Shown one piece after another: positions 16,715 to 25,760 of a DNA stretch of 30,173 nucleotides. The stretch is from Acidobacteriota bacterium (GTDB lineage: Bacteria > Acidobacteriota > Vicinamibacteria > Vicinamibacterales > CAVVIG01), in NCBI GenBank assembly GCA_040349235.1, contig JBEQUD010000285.1:1-30173 (forward strand), given 5' to 3'. The position numbers and the translations under genes are program-made. Below the pieces are notes generated by a model. It saw only the letters and a program-made list of their open reading frames with translations, was not told the origin of the DNA and searched no databases. Within the stretch, counting starts at the first letter, position 1, and every line of letters begins with the position of its first letter.

Positions 16715-17605
16715 ATGACCTTCACGGGTGTTCTTGCACCAATTCCGACACCGTTCAACGAGACGGGAGCGTGCGATGCCGACCGTCTCCGTCGCGCCCT
16801 GACACGGTGGATGGCGACGCCGCTGGCGGGCGTCGTCGTTCTCGGGACGAGCGGGGAAGCGCATCTGGTGGACGACGACGAGGCCGACCGGGTCGTCGGT
16901 GTGGCGCGGGAGTGCGTGCCGGCGGACCGCGCCTTCATCGTGGGGGCGGGTCGCGAATCGACCGCGTGCACGATTCGCGCGGTCGCTCGGGCGGCGCGCC
17001 TCGGTGCCGATGCCGTGCTCGTCCGCACGCCTGGGGCGTTCAGGAATCAGATGACAGACGAGGCGTTGACCGCGCACTACACGGCCGTGGCGGATGCGGC
17101 CACCGTGCCGGTGCTCTTGTACAACTTCCCCGCGCTCACGGGCGTGTGCCTCTCGGCCGGGGCGGTGGCACGGCTGGCGACGCACCCGAACATCGTCGGC
17201 ATCAAGGACTCGAGCGGCGACGTGGCGCAAATTGCGGCGTTTGCCGCCGCGGCGAGCGACTCCTTCACGGTGCTCTCGGGCTCGGGGTCCACGTTCGACG
17301 CCGCGGTGTCGTGCGGTGCAGGCGGGGGGATTCTCGCGCTGGCCTGTGTGCTGCCGGCGGCGTGCGTCGAGCTGTTTGGGCTGGCGAGGGCGGGGGAGGG
17401 CGAGGCCGCACGGATGCTCCAGGCGCGTCTGCTTTCCGTCGCGCGGCTCATTGGGGCGCAGTACGGTATCCCGGGCCTGAAAGCCGCAGCCTGTCTCGCT
17501 GGTTACGACGTTGGCGTGCCGCGGCTGCCGTTGGCGCCCGCTCCACCCGAGGCGGTCGGCGCGATCGCCGAGGCCCTTCGCGCGTTCCAGACATCCGCGG
17601 TGTGA
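16715..17605 (+). CDS. Dihydrodipicolinate synthase family aldolase (DapA/HOGA-like)
   Basis: PIPTPF, LGTSGE, LYNFP, NIVGIKDSSGD (Schiff-base Lys); start ATG 16715. Confidence 0.92.
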   Translation: MTFTGVLAPIPTPFNETGACDADRLRRALTRWMATPLAGVVVLGTSGEAHLVDDDEADRVVGVARECVPADRAFIVGAGRESTACTIRAVARAARLGADAVLVRTPGAFRNQMTDEALTAHYTAVADAATVPVLLYNFPALTGVCLSAGAVARLATHPNIVGIKDSSGDVAQIAAFAAAASDSFTVLSGSGSTFDAAVSCGAGGGILALACVLPAACVELFGLARAGEGEAARMLQARLLSVARLIGAQYGIPGLKAAACLAGYDVGVPRLPLAPAPPEAVGAIAEALRAFQTSAV

Positions 17606-17648
17606 AGGACGCCCGCCGACGAGCCGACACTACAATGGCAGGATCCCC

Positions 17649-18380
17649 GTGGTGTCGGTTGTGCTTCGTAGGCTCGTTTCCTTTCTCCTCGGCGCCGCCG
17701 CTGCCGGCTTCGTGTGCCTGTCTTATGTCTATTTGACGCTGCCCGACGTCCTGCCGCTCAAGACGTCCAATCCCCCCACGACGGCATTCATCGAATTGCG
17801 CGCCAGAGAAGCCCGCGCCAAGGGAAGCGCGCCGAAGCGGATCCAGCGGTGGGTCGGCTATCGGCACATCTCGCCGCATCTGACGCGCGCGGTGCTCGTC
17901 GCCGAGGACGACGCGTTCTGGCAGCACGAGGGGGTGGACTTCGAGCAGATGCAGGAATCGCTCGAACTCGATTGGGCGCGAGGGCGGTTCGTGCGCGGCG
18001 GCAGCACCATCACGCAGCAGCTCGCCAAGAACCTGTACCTGTCGCCGTCGCGGAACCCGCTCCGGAAGTTCCAGGAACTGATTCTGGCGCGGCGGCTCGA
18101 AGCGGAACTGAGCAAGACGCGCATCCTCGAGCTGTACTTGAACGTCATCGAATGGGGCGACGGTATCTACGGCGCTGAAGCGGCCGCCCGCACGTACTTT
18201 CACGAAGCGGCCTCCGACCTCGGCCCCGCGGAGTCGGCCTTGCTCGCCGGCGCGATCATCAATCCGCGCGTGTTGAGCCCGGCACATCCCACCGGCCGCC
18301 TGGTGCGGCGGCAGGCACTCATCATGAAGCGCGCGGCGGGCGTGTCGCCGCCGCGCGAGGCGCTCGATGACGCGCGCTGA
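17649..18380 (+). CDS. mtgA: Monofunctional peptidoglycan transglycosylase
   Basis: AEDDAFWQHEGVDF, GGSTITQQLAKNLYL, RKFQE, LELYLNVIEWG; N-terminal TM. Start GTG 17649 or 17661. Confidence 0.9.
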   Translation: MVSVVLRRLVSFLLGAAAAGFVCLSYVYLTLPDVLPLKTSNPPTTAFIELRAREARAKGSAPKRIQRWVGYRHISPHLTRAVLVAEDDAFWQHEGVDFEQMQESLELDWARGRFVRGGSTITQQLAKNLYLSPSRNPLRKFQELILARRLEAELSKTRILELYLNVIEWGDGIYGAEAAARTYFHEAASDLGPAESALLAGAIINPRVLSPAHPTGRLVRRQALIMKRAAGVSPPREALDDAR

Positions 18381-18446
18381 CCGGGCCGTGCGTCTTGCGC
18401 CGGCGTGCGGCGTCCGATATAGTCACCGCACTTCAGTCGATCCCAC

Positions 18447-19370
18447 ATGATCAATTACACGGACCACCTCACGATGTTGATGAAGGACATCGTGTCCCGT
18501 GTCCCTGTCCTGTCGTTCATCGATACGCGCGACGTGCTGGTGTTCGCCAGGTTCGGTCGCTCGCATGCCGAAGGCGCATTTGCGACGTGCCATTGCCTGA
18601 ACCTGCCGCCGAGTGAGCCGGGCCACTACTTCTGGAGGGATCGAGCCAGCGGGCGCATCACGCGTCGCTCGGAGTGGTTCGTCACCAGGTCGCCGCGCGT
18701 CAGCGTCGCCGGGCGCAGCGTGAAGTACCTGGTCTCGTTCGCCCTCCCGCGCTTCTGCGATCAGTCGCTGGAAGGGTCGCGCAAGGCGCTGCTGTATCCC
18801 CGGCTCGAACCGTGGGTGGCGAAACTGGATACGGTCGTCCACGAGCTCTATCACATCGACCCGCAACTCGGCGGCATCCGCCGGATCGCGCGCGAGGACG
18901 GCGCCTATCTGGTCAACTCGCACAGTCCCCGTTTTTTCGAGCAGGTGGCCGCGATTGTCCGCGCGTACCTGGATACGCACCCCGACCCAGGGATTACGGA
19001 TTTCTTGCGCCACGATTTCGCCGGCCTCGAAGCGCGGCACGGCGGGGTGATCGGCGCCAGCTTCCGGACGTTCCCGTCGTTTCCGCAGCGATACATCGAG
19101 CGGCTGGCCGAACAGGTCCCGGCCGACACCGACGCGGGCGACGTCAAGATCGAGCCGTTGCGGCCGCAGCGGCAGCCGACCGTCTACACGGAAGACGATC
19201 TCGACCTGCGCCACTTCTCGGAGAGCAGGTCGAGGCGACTCGCAGTCCACGAGCCGGATGCGGCTGGCGCGCGCGAAGAATCCCGGCGTCTCAATTCCGA
19301 GCGGCTGCGGCGCGAGCCGGCACGAGCCGCCGAGCACCCAGGTAGCGCGCGGACCAGTAAGGCGCGCTGA
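18447..19370 (+). CDS. Putative zinc metallopeptidase (HExxH)
   Basis: KLDTVVHELYHIDP; host-like codon usage; TATAGT box at 18418-18423. Confidence 0.7.
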   Translation: MINYTDHLTMLMKDIVSRVPVLSFIDTRDVLVFARFGRSHAEGAFATCHCLNLPPSEPGHYFWRDRASGRITRRSEWFVTRSPRVSVAGRSVKYLVSFALPRFCDQSLEGSRKALLYPRLEPWVAKLDTVVHELYHIDPQLGGIRRIAREDGAYLVNSHSPRFFEQVAAIVRAYLDTHPDPGITDFLRHDFAGLEARHGGVIGASFRTFPSFPQRYIERLAEQVPADTDAGDVKIEPLRPQRQPTVYTEDDLDLRHFSESRSRRLAVHEPDAAGAREESRRLNSERLRREPARAAEHPGSARTSKAR

Positions 19371-19869
19371 GGCTCTCCACGCGCACGACGCCACTCGAGC
19401 TGGGCGCGTGCACGAATTGGTCTCCCCCGATGGCAATCGCCACGTGCGTGGCGTCCATCGCTTCCCGAGCCGTCGCGAAAAAGATCAAATCCCCCACGGC
19501 AAGCTCGCCGGCCCCGGTCGCTACGCCCTGCTGGAACTGGGTTCTGACGTCGCGCGGCAGCACGATGCCGTGCTGGGCGTAGACGTACTGCGTGAAGCCG
19601 CTACAGTCGAACCCGCGCGGGGTGGTCCCACCGTTCAGATACGGCACCCCCCGTAGCGCCAACGCCGTCCCGACCACAGCGGGATTGCCCGCAGAGGGGC
19701 CGCGTTCTGCTGACGTGCGCTGGTCGCTCGGCGAGGGAAACGGATGGGGCATCGCGCCGCGCGCGGCGCACCCGCCCGATGCGAGAAGCCCGAGCACGAG
19801 GAGCACGCCCGCGGCGACCGGTGCGGCCGCCTTGCTAACCCCATGTTTCACAGCAGTTACAGGGCCCAT
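19291..19869 (-). CDS. NlpC/P60 (C40) cell-wall peptidase, predicted lipoprotein
   Basis: GVPY..GG...GFDCSG, VGDLIFF, HVAI, FVHAPSS; hydrophobic signal ending in ASGGC. Start uncertain. Confidence 0.92.
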   Translation of the reverse strand: MGPVTAVKHGVSKAAAPVAAGVLLVLGLLASGGCAARGAMPHPFPSPSDQRTSAERGPSAGNPAVVGTALALRGVPYLNGGTTPRGFDCSGFTQYVYAQHGIVLPRDVRTQFQQGVATGAGELAVGDLIFFATAREAMDATHVAIAIGGDQFVHAPSSSGVVRVESLSAPYWSARYLGARRLVPARAAAARN

Positions 19870-19872
19870 TTC

Positions 19873-19902
19873 TTGACACCCCGCCGAGCGTCGGGGCACA
19901 AT
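19873..19902 (+). promoter_or_regulatory. Candidate sigma70 promoter for the HNH gene
   Basis: TTGACA-N18-CACAAT; the spacer contains the inverted repeat CCCCG...CGGGG. Confidence 0.5.
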
Positions 19903-19937
19903 TCCTTCATCACGGGAGCGTCAGCTCCTACTCGTAC

Positions 19938-20471
19938 ATGGAACAGACGCTGCTTCTCAACGCGTCGTACGAACCTCTCAAGATCGTTCACTGGCAAAAG
20001 GCGGTGACGCTGTGGTGCCAGGGAAAGGTCGAGGTTATCTCTGTGTACGACAGAGAAGTCCGGGCTGTTTCCTTCAGCTTCAAGCTCCCCTCGGTCATCC
20101 GCCTGCTCAGGTATATCAAGATCAAGCGCCGGTTCGACTACGTCCCGTTCTCGCGCGCCAACATCTACGCGCGGGACGACCACAGGTGCCAGTATTGCGG
20201 CGATGCCTTCTCGACCAGCGAACTGACATTCGACCACGTGGTGCCGGTCGCGCAGGGCGGGCGAAAGGACTGGGAAAACATCGTCAGCGCCTGTGTCACC
20301 TGCAATCGGACCAAGGGCGGCCGCACGCCGGACGAGGCTGGCATGCACCTGCTTCGTGTGCCCAAACGGCCGGAGTCGGCACCGGCCCTCCGTATCACTA
20401 TCGGTCTGCGGAACGCGCCCGATAGCTGGCGCGATTATGTCTACTGGAACGCCGAACTGGACGATACATAA
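19938..20471 (+). CDS. HNH endonuclease family protein
   Basis: RDDHRCQYCG, LTFDHVVPVAQGG, WENIVSACVTCNRTKG; N-terminal LLLNASYEPL of a widespread chromosomal subfamily. Confidence 0.92.
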   Translation: MEQTLLLNASYEPLKIVHWQKAVTLWCQGKVEVISVYDREVRAVSFSFKLPSVIRLLRYIKIKRRFDYVPFSRANIYARDDHRCQYCGDAFSTSELTFDHVVPVAQGGRKDWENIVSACVTCNRTKGGRTPDEAGMHLLRVPKRPESAPALRITIGLRNAPDSWRDYVYWNAELDDT

Positions 20472-20477
20472 TAGTTG

Positions 20478-21467
20478 ATGCCCGTCCGCGTCTTCTCGCT
20501 CCATCCCCCGGCGGCCATCGAGGGCGGCCGCATCACGATCGAAGGCGCGAACTTCCCGATCGATCAGCCCGAGCTACCCGAGGTCCGCGTCGCTGATGTG
20601 CGCGCCCGCGTGGTGTTCGCGTCGTCGCAGCGTCTCGCCGTGCTCGTCCCGTCGGGCCTCGACAGCGGGCCGGCGCCCGTCTCCGTGGAGGACGTAACGG
20701 GGCCGGCGTCCATCAACGTGGCCCTGCCCTTCGCGACCGGTCTCCATCAGGTCGATAACCCGGTCTTCGATGCGACCGGGAGCCTGTACGTCACCTACAG
20801 CGGCTCTCGCGGCCAGCAGGTACCCATCTCCATCTTCCGCGTGCGCCCGAACGGTACGCGCGAAACCTTTTCCGCCGGCGTCGTCAATCCCACCTCCATG
20901 GCGGTCTCGCCAGACGGCGTGTTGTATGTCTCGAGCCGCTTCGAGGGGACCGTCTACCGGGTGGGCGAAGACGGTTCGGTCGAGACGTTCGCGACGGATC
21001 TCGGGGTGGCGTGCGGCCTGGCATTCGATCGGGAGGGAACGCTGTTCGTCGGCGATCGATCGGGGACGATCTTTCGCATCGACGCCGGGGGACGCACATC
21101 GACGCTGGCGTCGCTGCCGTCGAGCGTCGCGGCGTTCCACCTCGCGTTCGGTCCTGACGGCAGACTCTACGTGACGGGACCGACGCTGGCGACGTACGAC
21201 GCCGTCTACGAAATCGATCGCGACGGCAAGGTCGGGGTCCGGTCAACCGCGTTCGGCCGTCCGCAGGGCATTGCGTTCGATGCCCACGGCGATCTGTTCG
21301 TCGTCGAAGCACTCGCCGGCAAGAGCGGTCTTTATCGCCTGAAGGAAGGCGCGGTGCCCGAACTCGTGCTGGCTGGCCCGGGGCTGGTCGGCGTGGCGTT
21401 CGACCAGGTCGGCGGCCTGGTGGTGTGTTCGAACGACACGGCCTACCGCCTGACGCGGTTCCCCTGA
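20478..21467 (+). CDS. IPT/TIG domain + beta-propeller (SMP-30/NHL-like) protein
   Basis: AAIEGGRITIEGANF Ig-like start; repeated (M/L/I)A(F/V)xxDGxLYV blades; 6 nt after the HNH stop. Confidence 0.75.
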   Translation: MPVRVFSLHPPAAIEGGRITIEGANFPIDQPELPEVRVADVRARVVFASSQRLAVLVPSGLDSGPAPVSVEDVTGPASINVALPFATGLHQVDNPVFDATGSLYVTYSGSRGQQVPISIFRVRPNGTRETFSAGVVNPTSMAVSPDGVLYVSSRFEGTVYRVGEDGSVETFATDLGVACGLAFDREGTLFVGDRSGTIFRIDAGGRTSTLASLPSSVAAFHLAFGPDGRLYVTGPTLATYDAVYEIDRDGKVGVRSTAFGRPQGIAFDAHGDLFVVEALAGKSGLYRLKEGAVPELVLAGPGLVGVAFDQVGGLVVCSNDTAYRLTRFP

Positions 21468-21500
21468 CCGCATACGTGCCTTCCGTTCATCACCCGTCCA

Positions 21501-23198
21501 TCAATCGGGCAAACCGAAGACGCACAGCGACAGCCCCGACACGGTGGCGACGTATTGTTTGCCGTCCACCGCGTAGGTCATCGGGCCGTTGATGATTTGC
21601 GCGCCGAGGCTCGCCTTCCACAAGAGGGTTCCCGTGCGGGCGTCGAGCGCCTGGAAGTAGCCCTCGCGGCCGCCCGCGAACAGGACGTCCGTGGCGGTCG
21701 TCAGGACGCCGCTGTCGGTGACGTCGGTCATGGGGAACTTCCATTTCTGTGCGCCCGTGGTGGGGTCCAGTGCGATCACGGCGCCGGTCGCGGCCGTTTC
21801 CGTCCAGTTGTTGATCGGGCCTCGGCGGCCCAGGCCCGGCAGGTCCGGGGCGCCGGGCACGGGTTCGAGCGGCCGGTGGCCGCCACCGCCGAAACCGCGC
21901 CCCTCTTGGTACTCCGCGGGGACGCTGTTGAAGAACATCGCGTAATTCTCCCAGGCGGAAAGGTAGAACAACTTCGTATGCGGGCTGTATGAGGGCGAAA
22001 ACCAGTTCGTCCCACCCTGATTGCCCGGCCACGTCGGCTGCCCCGGGGGTTGCGGCGTCTGGACGGGCCGCCCGTGCTCGTCGATGCCACTGGCCCAATT
22101 CAGCTTCACGAAGGGCTTGCCGAGCAGGAACTGTCCCGTCGCGCGATTCAAGACGTAGAAGTAGCCGTTCCGGTTCGCCCAGAGCATCGCCTTCAGCGGC
22201 GCGCCGCGCCACGTGATGTCGGCGAGCACCGGTACCTGCACGGCGTCGTAGTCGTAGCGATCGTGCGGCGTGAACTGGTAGTGCCACTTCAACGCACCCG
22301 TATCGGCATCGAGGGCGACGACCGAGTCGGTGTAGAGGTTGTCGCCGGGGCGCTGGTCGGCGTTGTAGTCGGGCCCTGCGTTGCCGACGCCCCAGTAGGT
22401 GAGGTTGAGTTCGGGATCGTACGACCCGGTTACCCAAATAGAGCCGCCGCCATGCTTCGCGGCGGCGGGGTCGCAGAATGTTGTCTGGGTGGGAGGGCAC
22501 GGCTCCCAGGTCTCGTATCCCGCCTCGCCGGGGCCAGGAATCGTGTAGAACCGCCAGGCCTCCTTGCCGCTGCGCGCGTCGTACGCGGCGATGAACCCGC
22601 GGATGCCGAACTCGCCGCCCCCGACGCCGATGAGCACTTTGTCCTTGATCACAAGCGGCGCCAGCGTGATCGAGTAGCCCGTCTTGTTGTCGGCCACCCT
22701 GACGTTCCACAGCGGGCGTCCCGACCTGGAGTCGATAGCGACGAGATGGGCGTCGAGGGTGCCCATATAGAGCGTGTCGCCGAGCATCGCGAGGCCGCGA
22801 TTGTTCGCCCCGCAGCAGACGAGTTGGACGGGATCGACCGCGTAGCGGTAGATCCAGAACACGCGCCCGGTCTTCGCATCGAGCGCGACGACGTCGTTCG
22901 GCCGCTGGGTCACGTACATGATGCCATCGACCACGAGCGGGCTCGTCTGCCACCCGCCTGCGGCCGCGGCCTGGTACATCCATTTCAATTCGAGGTTCTT
23001 GACGTTGGCCGTCGTGACCTGCGTGAGGGTGCTGTAGCGCTGGGACAGATACGTACCCGAGTAGGTGACCCAATTTGGCGCGTCCTTCGCGGCATTCAGC
23101 AGCCGGTCGTAGGTAACCTGGGCCTGCGCGGTGACGAGCGACGCGGCCCCCACGACGAATCCGAGGGCCGCGAGAACGAACCGTGACTGTGTGCGCAC
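21501..23198 (-). CDS. PQQ-dependent dehydrogenase (methanol/ethanol family), paralogue 3
   Basis: Signal peptide from GTG 23198 (GGAG RBS); VCCG vicinal cysteines; GGGEFG; WGVGN; HDRYDYD; Trp-docking repeats. Confidence 0.94.
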   Translation of the reverse strand: MRTQSRFVLAALGFVVGAASLVTAQAQVTYDRLLNAAKDAPNWVTYSGTYLSQRYSTLTQVTTANVKNLELKWMYQAAAAGGWQTSPLVVDGIMYVTQRPNDVVALDAKTGRVFWIYRYAVDPVQLVCCGANNRGLAMLGDTLYMGTLDAHLVAIDSRSGRPLWNVRVADNKTGYSITLAPLVIKDKVLIGVGGGEFGIRGFIAAYDARSGKEAWRFYTIPGPGEAGYETWEPCPPTQTTFCDPAAAKHGGGSIWVTGSYDPELNLTYWGVGNAGPDYNADQRPGDNLYTDSVVALDADTGALKWHYQFTPHDRYDYDAVQVPVLADITWRGAPLKAMLWANRNGYFYVLNRATGQFLLGKPFVKLNWASGIDEHGRPVQTPQPPGQPTWPGNQGGTNWFSPSYSPHTKLFYLSAWENYAMFFNSVPAEYQEGRGFGGGGHRPLEPVPGAPDLPGLGRRGPINNWTETAATGAVIALDPTTGAQKWKFPMTDVTDSGVLTTATDVLFAGGREGYFQALDARTGTLLWKASLGAQIINGPMTYAVDGKQYVATVSGLSLCVFGLPD

Positions 23199-23253
23199 GT
23201 TGTCTTCACTCCGACAGGACAGGACACTCGCCAACAGGCGGCCCAGGCTTTTG

Positions 23254-24948
23254 CTACTCGCGGAGGCCAAAGACGCACAGCGACAGGCCCGACACGGTGG
23301 CGACGTACTGTTTGCCATCCACCGCGTAGGTCGTGGGGGCGTTGATGATTTGCGCGCCGAGGCTCGCCTTCCACAAGAGGGTTCCCGTGCGGGCGTCGAG
23401 CGCCTGGAAGTACCCTTCGCGTCCGCCCGTGAACAGGAGGTCGGTCGCAGTCGTCAGGATGCCGCTGTCCGTCACGTCGGTCGTCGGGAATCGCCACTTC
23501 CGCTCGCCGGTCGTCGGGTCCAGGGCAATGACGGCGCCGCTCCCCGCGGTTTCCGTCCAGTTGTTGATCGGGCCGCGTCGGCCCAACCCCGCAAGCCCAG
23601 GGGCGCCCGGCACCGGTTCGACCGGACGGAGCACGCCGCCCCCGAAGCCGCGGCCTTCCTGGTATTCCGCCGGGAGCCCGCCAAAGATGGTCGCGTAGTT
23701 CTCCCACGCAGAGAGATAGAAGAGTCGTGTGCGCGGGCTGTAGGACGGTGAATACCAGTTCGTCCCCCCCTGATTGCCCGGCCACGTGGGCTGCCCAGGA
23801 GGCTGCGGTGTCTGAATCGGCCGCCCGTGCTCGTCAATCCCGCTCGACCAGTTGACCTTCACGAACGGCTTCCCGAGCAGGAACTGTCCGGTCTCCCGGT
23901 CCAACACGTAGAAGTACCCGTTGCGGTTGGCCCAGAACATCGCTTTCAGCGGCGCGCCGTGCCAGGTGATGTCCGCGAGCACGGGAACTTGAACGGAGTC
24001 GTAGTCGTAGCGGTCGTGCGGCGTGAACTGATAGTGCCACTTCAACGCGCCGGTGTCGGCGTCGAGCGCGACCACCGAATCCGTGTAGAGGTTGTCGCCG
24101 GGGCGCTGCTCTTGGTTGTAGTCCGGCCCGGCGTTGCCCACCCCCCAGTAGGTCAGGTTGAGCGCCGGATCGTACGACCCGGTCACCCACACGGAGCCGC
24201 CGCCATGTTTCCACGCGGACGGATCGCAGAATGTCTTTTGCGCGGCCGGGCACGCCTCCCATGTGTCGTATCCCGCCTCGCCCGGGCCGGGAATCGTGTA
24301 GAACCGCCAGACTTGCTTGCCGGTCCGCGCATCGTACGCGGCAACGAACCCGCGAATACCGAACTCGCCGCCGCCGACGCCCACGAGCACCTTGTCCTTG
24401 ACGACGAGCGGCGCGAGCGTCACGGAGTAGCCCGCCTTGTTATCCGCCACGGCGATGTTCCAGATGGGCCGTCCCGTCTTCGCGTCGATGGCCACGAGGC
24501 GCGCGTCGAGAGTCCCCATGAAGAGCGTGTCGCCGAGCATGGCCAGGCCGCGATTGTTCGCCCCGCAGCAGACGATCTGCGTGGGGTCCAGCGTATGGCG
24601 GTAGATCCAGAACACGCGCCCGGTCTTGGCGTCGAGTGCGACGACGTCGTTCGGCCGCTGGGTCACGTACATGATGCCGTCAACGACGAGCGGGCTCGTC
24701 TGCCAGCCTCCTGGGGCCGCGGCCTGGTACATCCATTTCAGCTCGAGGTTCTTCACGTTCGCCGGCGTGATCTGGGCGAGCGTGCTGTGCCGCTGGGAGA
24801 AATAGGTGCCGGAATAGGTGATCCAGTTCTGGGCGTCTCTGGCCGCGTTCACCAGGCGGTCTGAGGTAACTTGGGCGTGTGCGCGGACGGCGAGCGCTGC
24901 CACGAGCAGGGCGACCGTTCGTGCGACCGTTGCACGTCGAGTCATCAT
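23254..24948 (-). CDS. PQQ-dependent dehydrogenase, paralogue 2
   Basis: Start MMTRR overlaps the cytochrome stop (ATGATGA); same motifs as paralogue 3. Confidence 0.94.
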   Translation of the reverse strand: MMTRRATVARTVALLVAALAVRAHAQVTSDRLVNAARDAQNWITYSGTYFSQRHSTLAQITPANVKNLELKWMYQAAAPGGWQTSPLVVDGIMYVTQRPNDVVALDAKTGRVFWIYRHTLDPTQIVCCGANNRGLAMLGDTLFMGTLDARLVAIDAKTGRPIWNIAVADNKAGYSVTLAPLVVKDKVLVGVGGGEFGIRGFVAAYDARTGKQVWRFYTIPGPGEAGYDTWEACPAAQKTFCDPSAWKHGGGSVWVTGSYDPALNLTYWGVGNAGPDYNQEQRPGDNLYTDSVVALDADTGALKWHYQFTPHDRYDYDSVQVPVLADITWHGAPLKAMFWANRNGYFYVLDRETGQFLLGKPFVKVNWSSGIDEHGRPIQTPQPPGQPTWPGNQGGTNWYSPSYSPRTRLFYLSAWENYATIFGGLPAEYQEGRGFGGGVLRPVEPVPGAPGLAGLGRRGPINNWTETAGSGAVIALDPTTGERKWRFPTTDVTDSGILTTATDLLFTGGREGYFQALDARTGTLLWKASLGAQIINAPTTYAVDGKQYVATVSGLSLCVFGLRE

Positions 24949-25733
24949 CGCCCCTTGAGCGACAGCAAGTACGCCAGCAGGTCCGCCGCTTCTTCGTCGG
25001 TCAGCTTGCCCTTGTAGGACGGCATCGGCGACACGGTGCGGATGGTGTACTCGCGGAGGTCCGCCTTGGTCAGCGAGACCAGGCGTTCCTGGTCGTCGAT
25101 CAACTGCACGGTGTAGGTGTCTTCGTTCAGCCGCCGGCCGTTGATGACGCGGCCGTCCCGCGTGACCGCGTGCACCGGGCGATTGATGGGCATCATCTGG
25201 CTGGACGGGTCCATCAGCGTGCGCATGATCGACCCGGCGCCGCGCGTCGCGCCGATGTCGCTCAGGTCCGGTGCGGCGCGGGGCCCCCGGGCGCCCACGC
25301 GGTGGCAGTGCCCGCAGTCGCCCTTGCCTTCGAAGACCTGCTGGCCGCGGACGGCATCGCCCGGCTTCACCGACGAGCGATCGAAGGCGTTGATGTTGCG
25401 GAGATACGCGATGACGCCCGCCAACTCCGACGCGTCGAACTTGAAGGCCGGCATGCCCTTGCCCGCGACCCCGTTCGTGATGACGCCGGCCAGGTCGCGG
25501 TCGGTCACCGCGGTGTGGAACTTGCCGGTCTTGAAGTCGATGCCGCCCACGCCGTCGCCGTTCGGCCCGTGGCACGTGGTGCACTGCGAGTCATATAGGC
25601 GTGCGCCGTAGGCGATGTCGGCGGGGGCATAGTCCTCGGGATGGCCGTTTCCGGGCGCTTGCGCGGCGAGGGATGTCGAGCCCAGGACGGCAAGGCCGAG
25701 AACCGCGAGAAGTCGAAGTGCGTGTCTGTGCAT
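24945..25733 (-). CDS. Periplasmic di-haem cytochrome c with Pirellula/Verrucomicrobium-type haem-binding domain
   Basis: Signal peptide; CTTCH and CGHCH; candidate axial Met in GMPAF and SPMPSY. Confidence 0.88.
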   Translation of the reverse strand: MHRHALRLLAVLGLAVLGSTSLAAQAPGNGHPEDYAPADIAYGARLYDSQCTTCHGPNGDGVGGIDFKTGKFHTAVTDRDLAGVITNGVAGKGMPAFKFDASELAGVIAYLRNINAFDRSSVKPGDAVRGQQVFEGKGDCGHCHRVGARGPRAAPDLSDIGATRGAGSIMRTLMDPSSQMMPINRPVHAVTRDGRVINGRRLNEDTYTVQLIDDQERLVSLTKADLREYTIRTVSPMPSYKGKLTDEEAADLLAYLLSLKGR

Positions 25734-25760
25734 GTCTACCCCCAATCGATGGCGTCGTCG

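Noticed and set aside
24925-24948. Tat signal (TRR) in PQQ paralogue 2
   Set aside because: Lacks the RRxFLK consensus, and the other two paralogues have ordinary Sec-type signals
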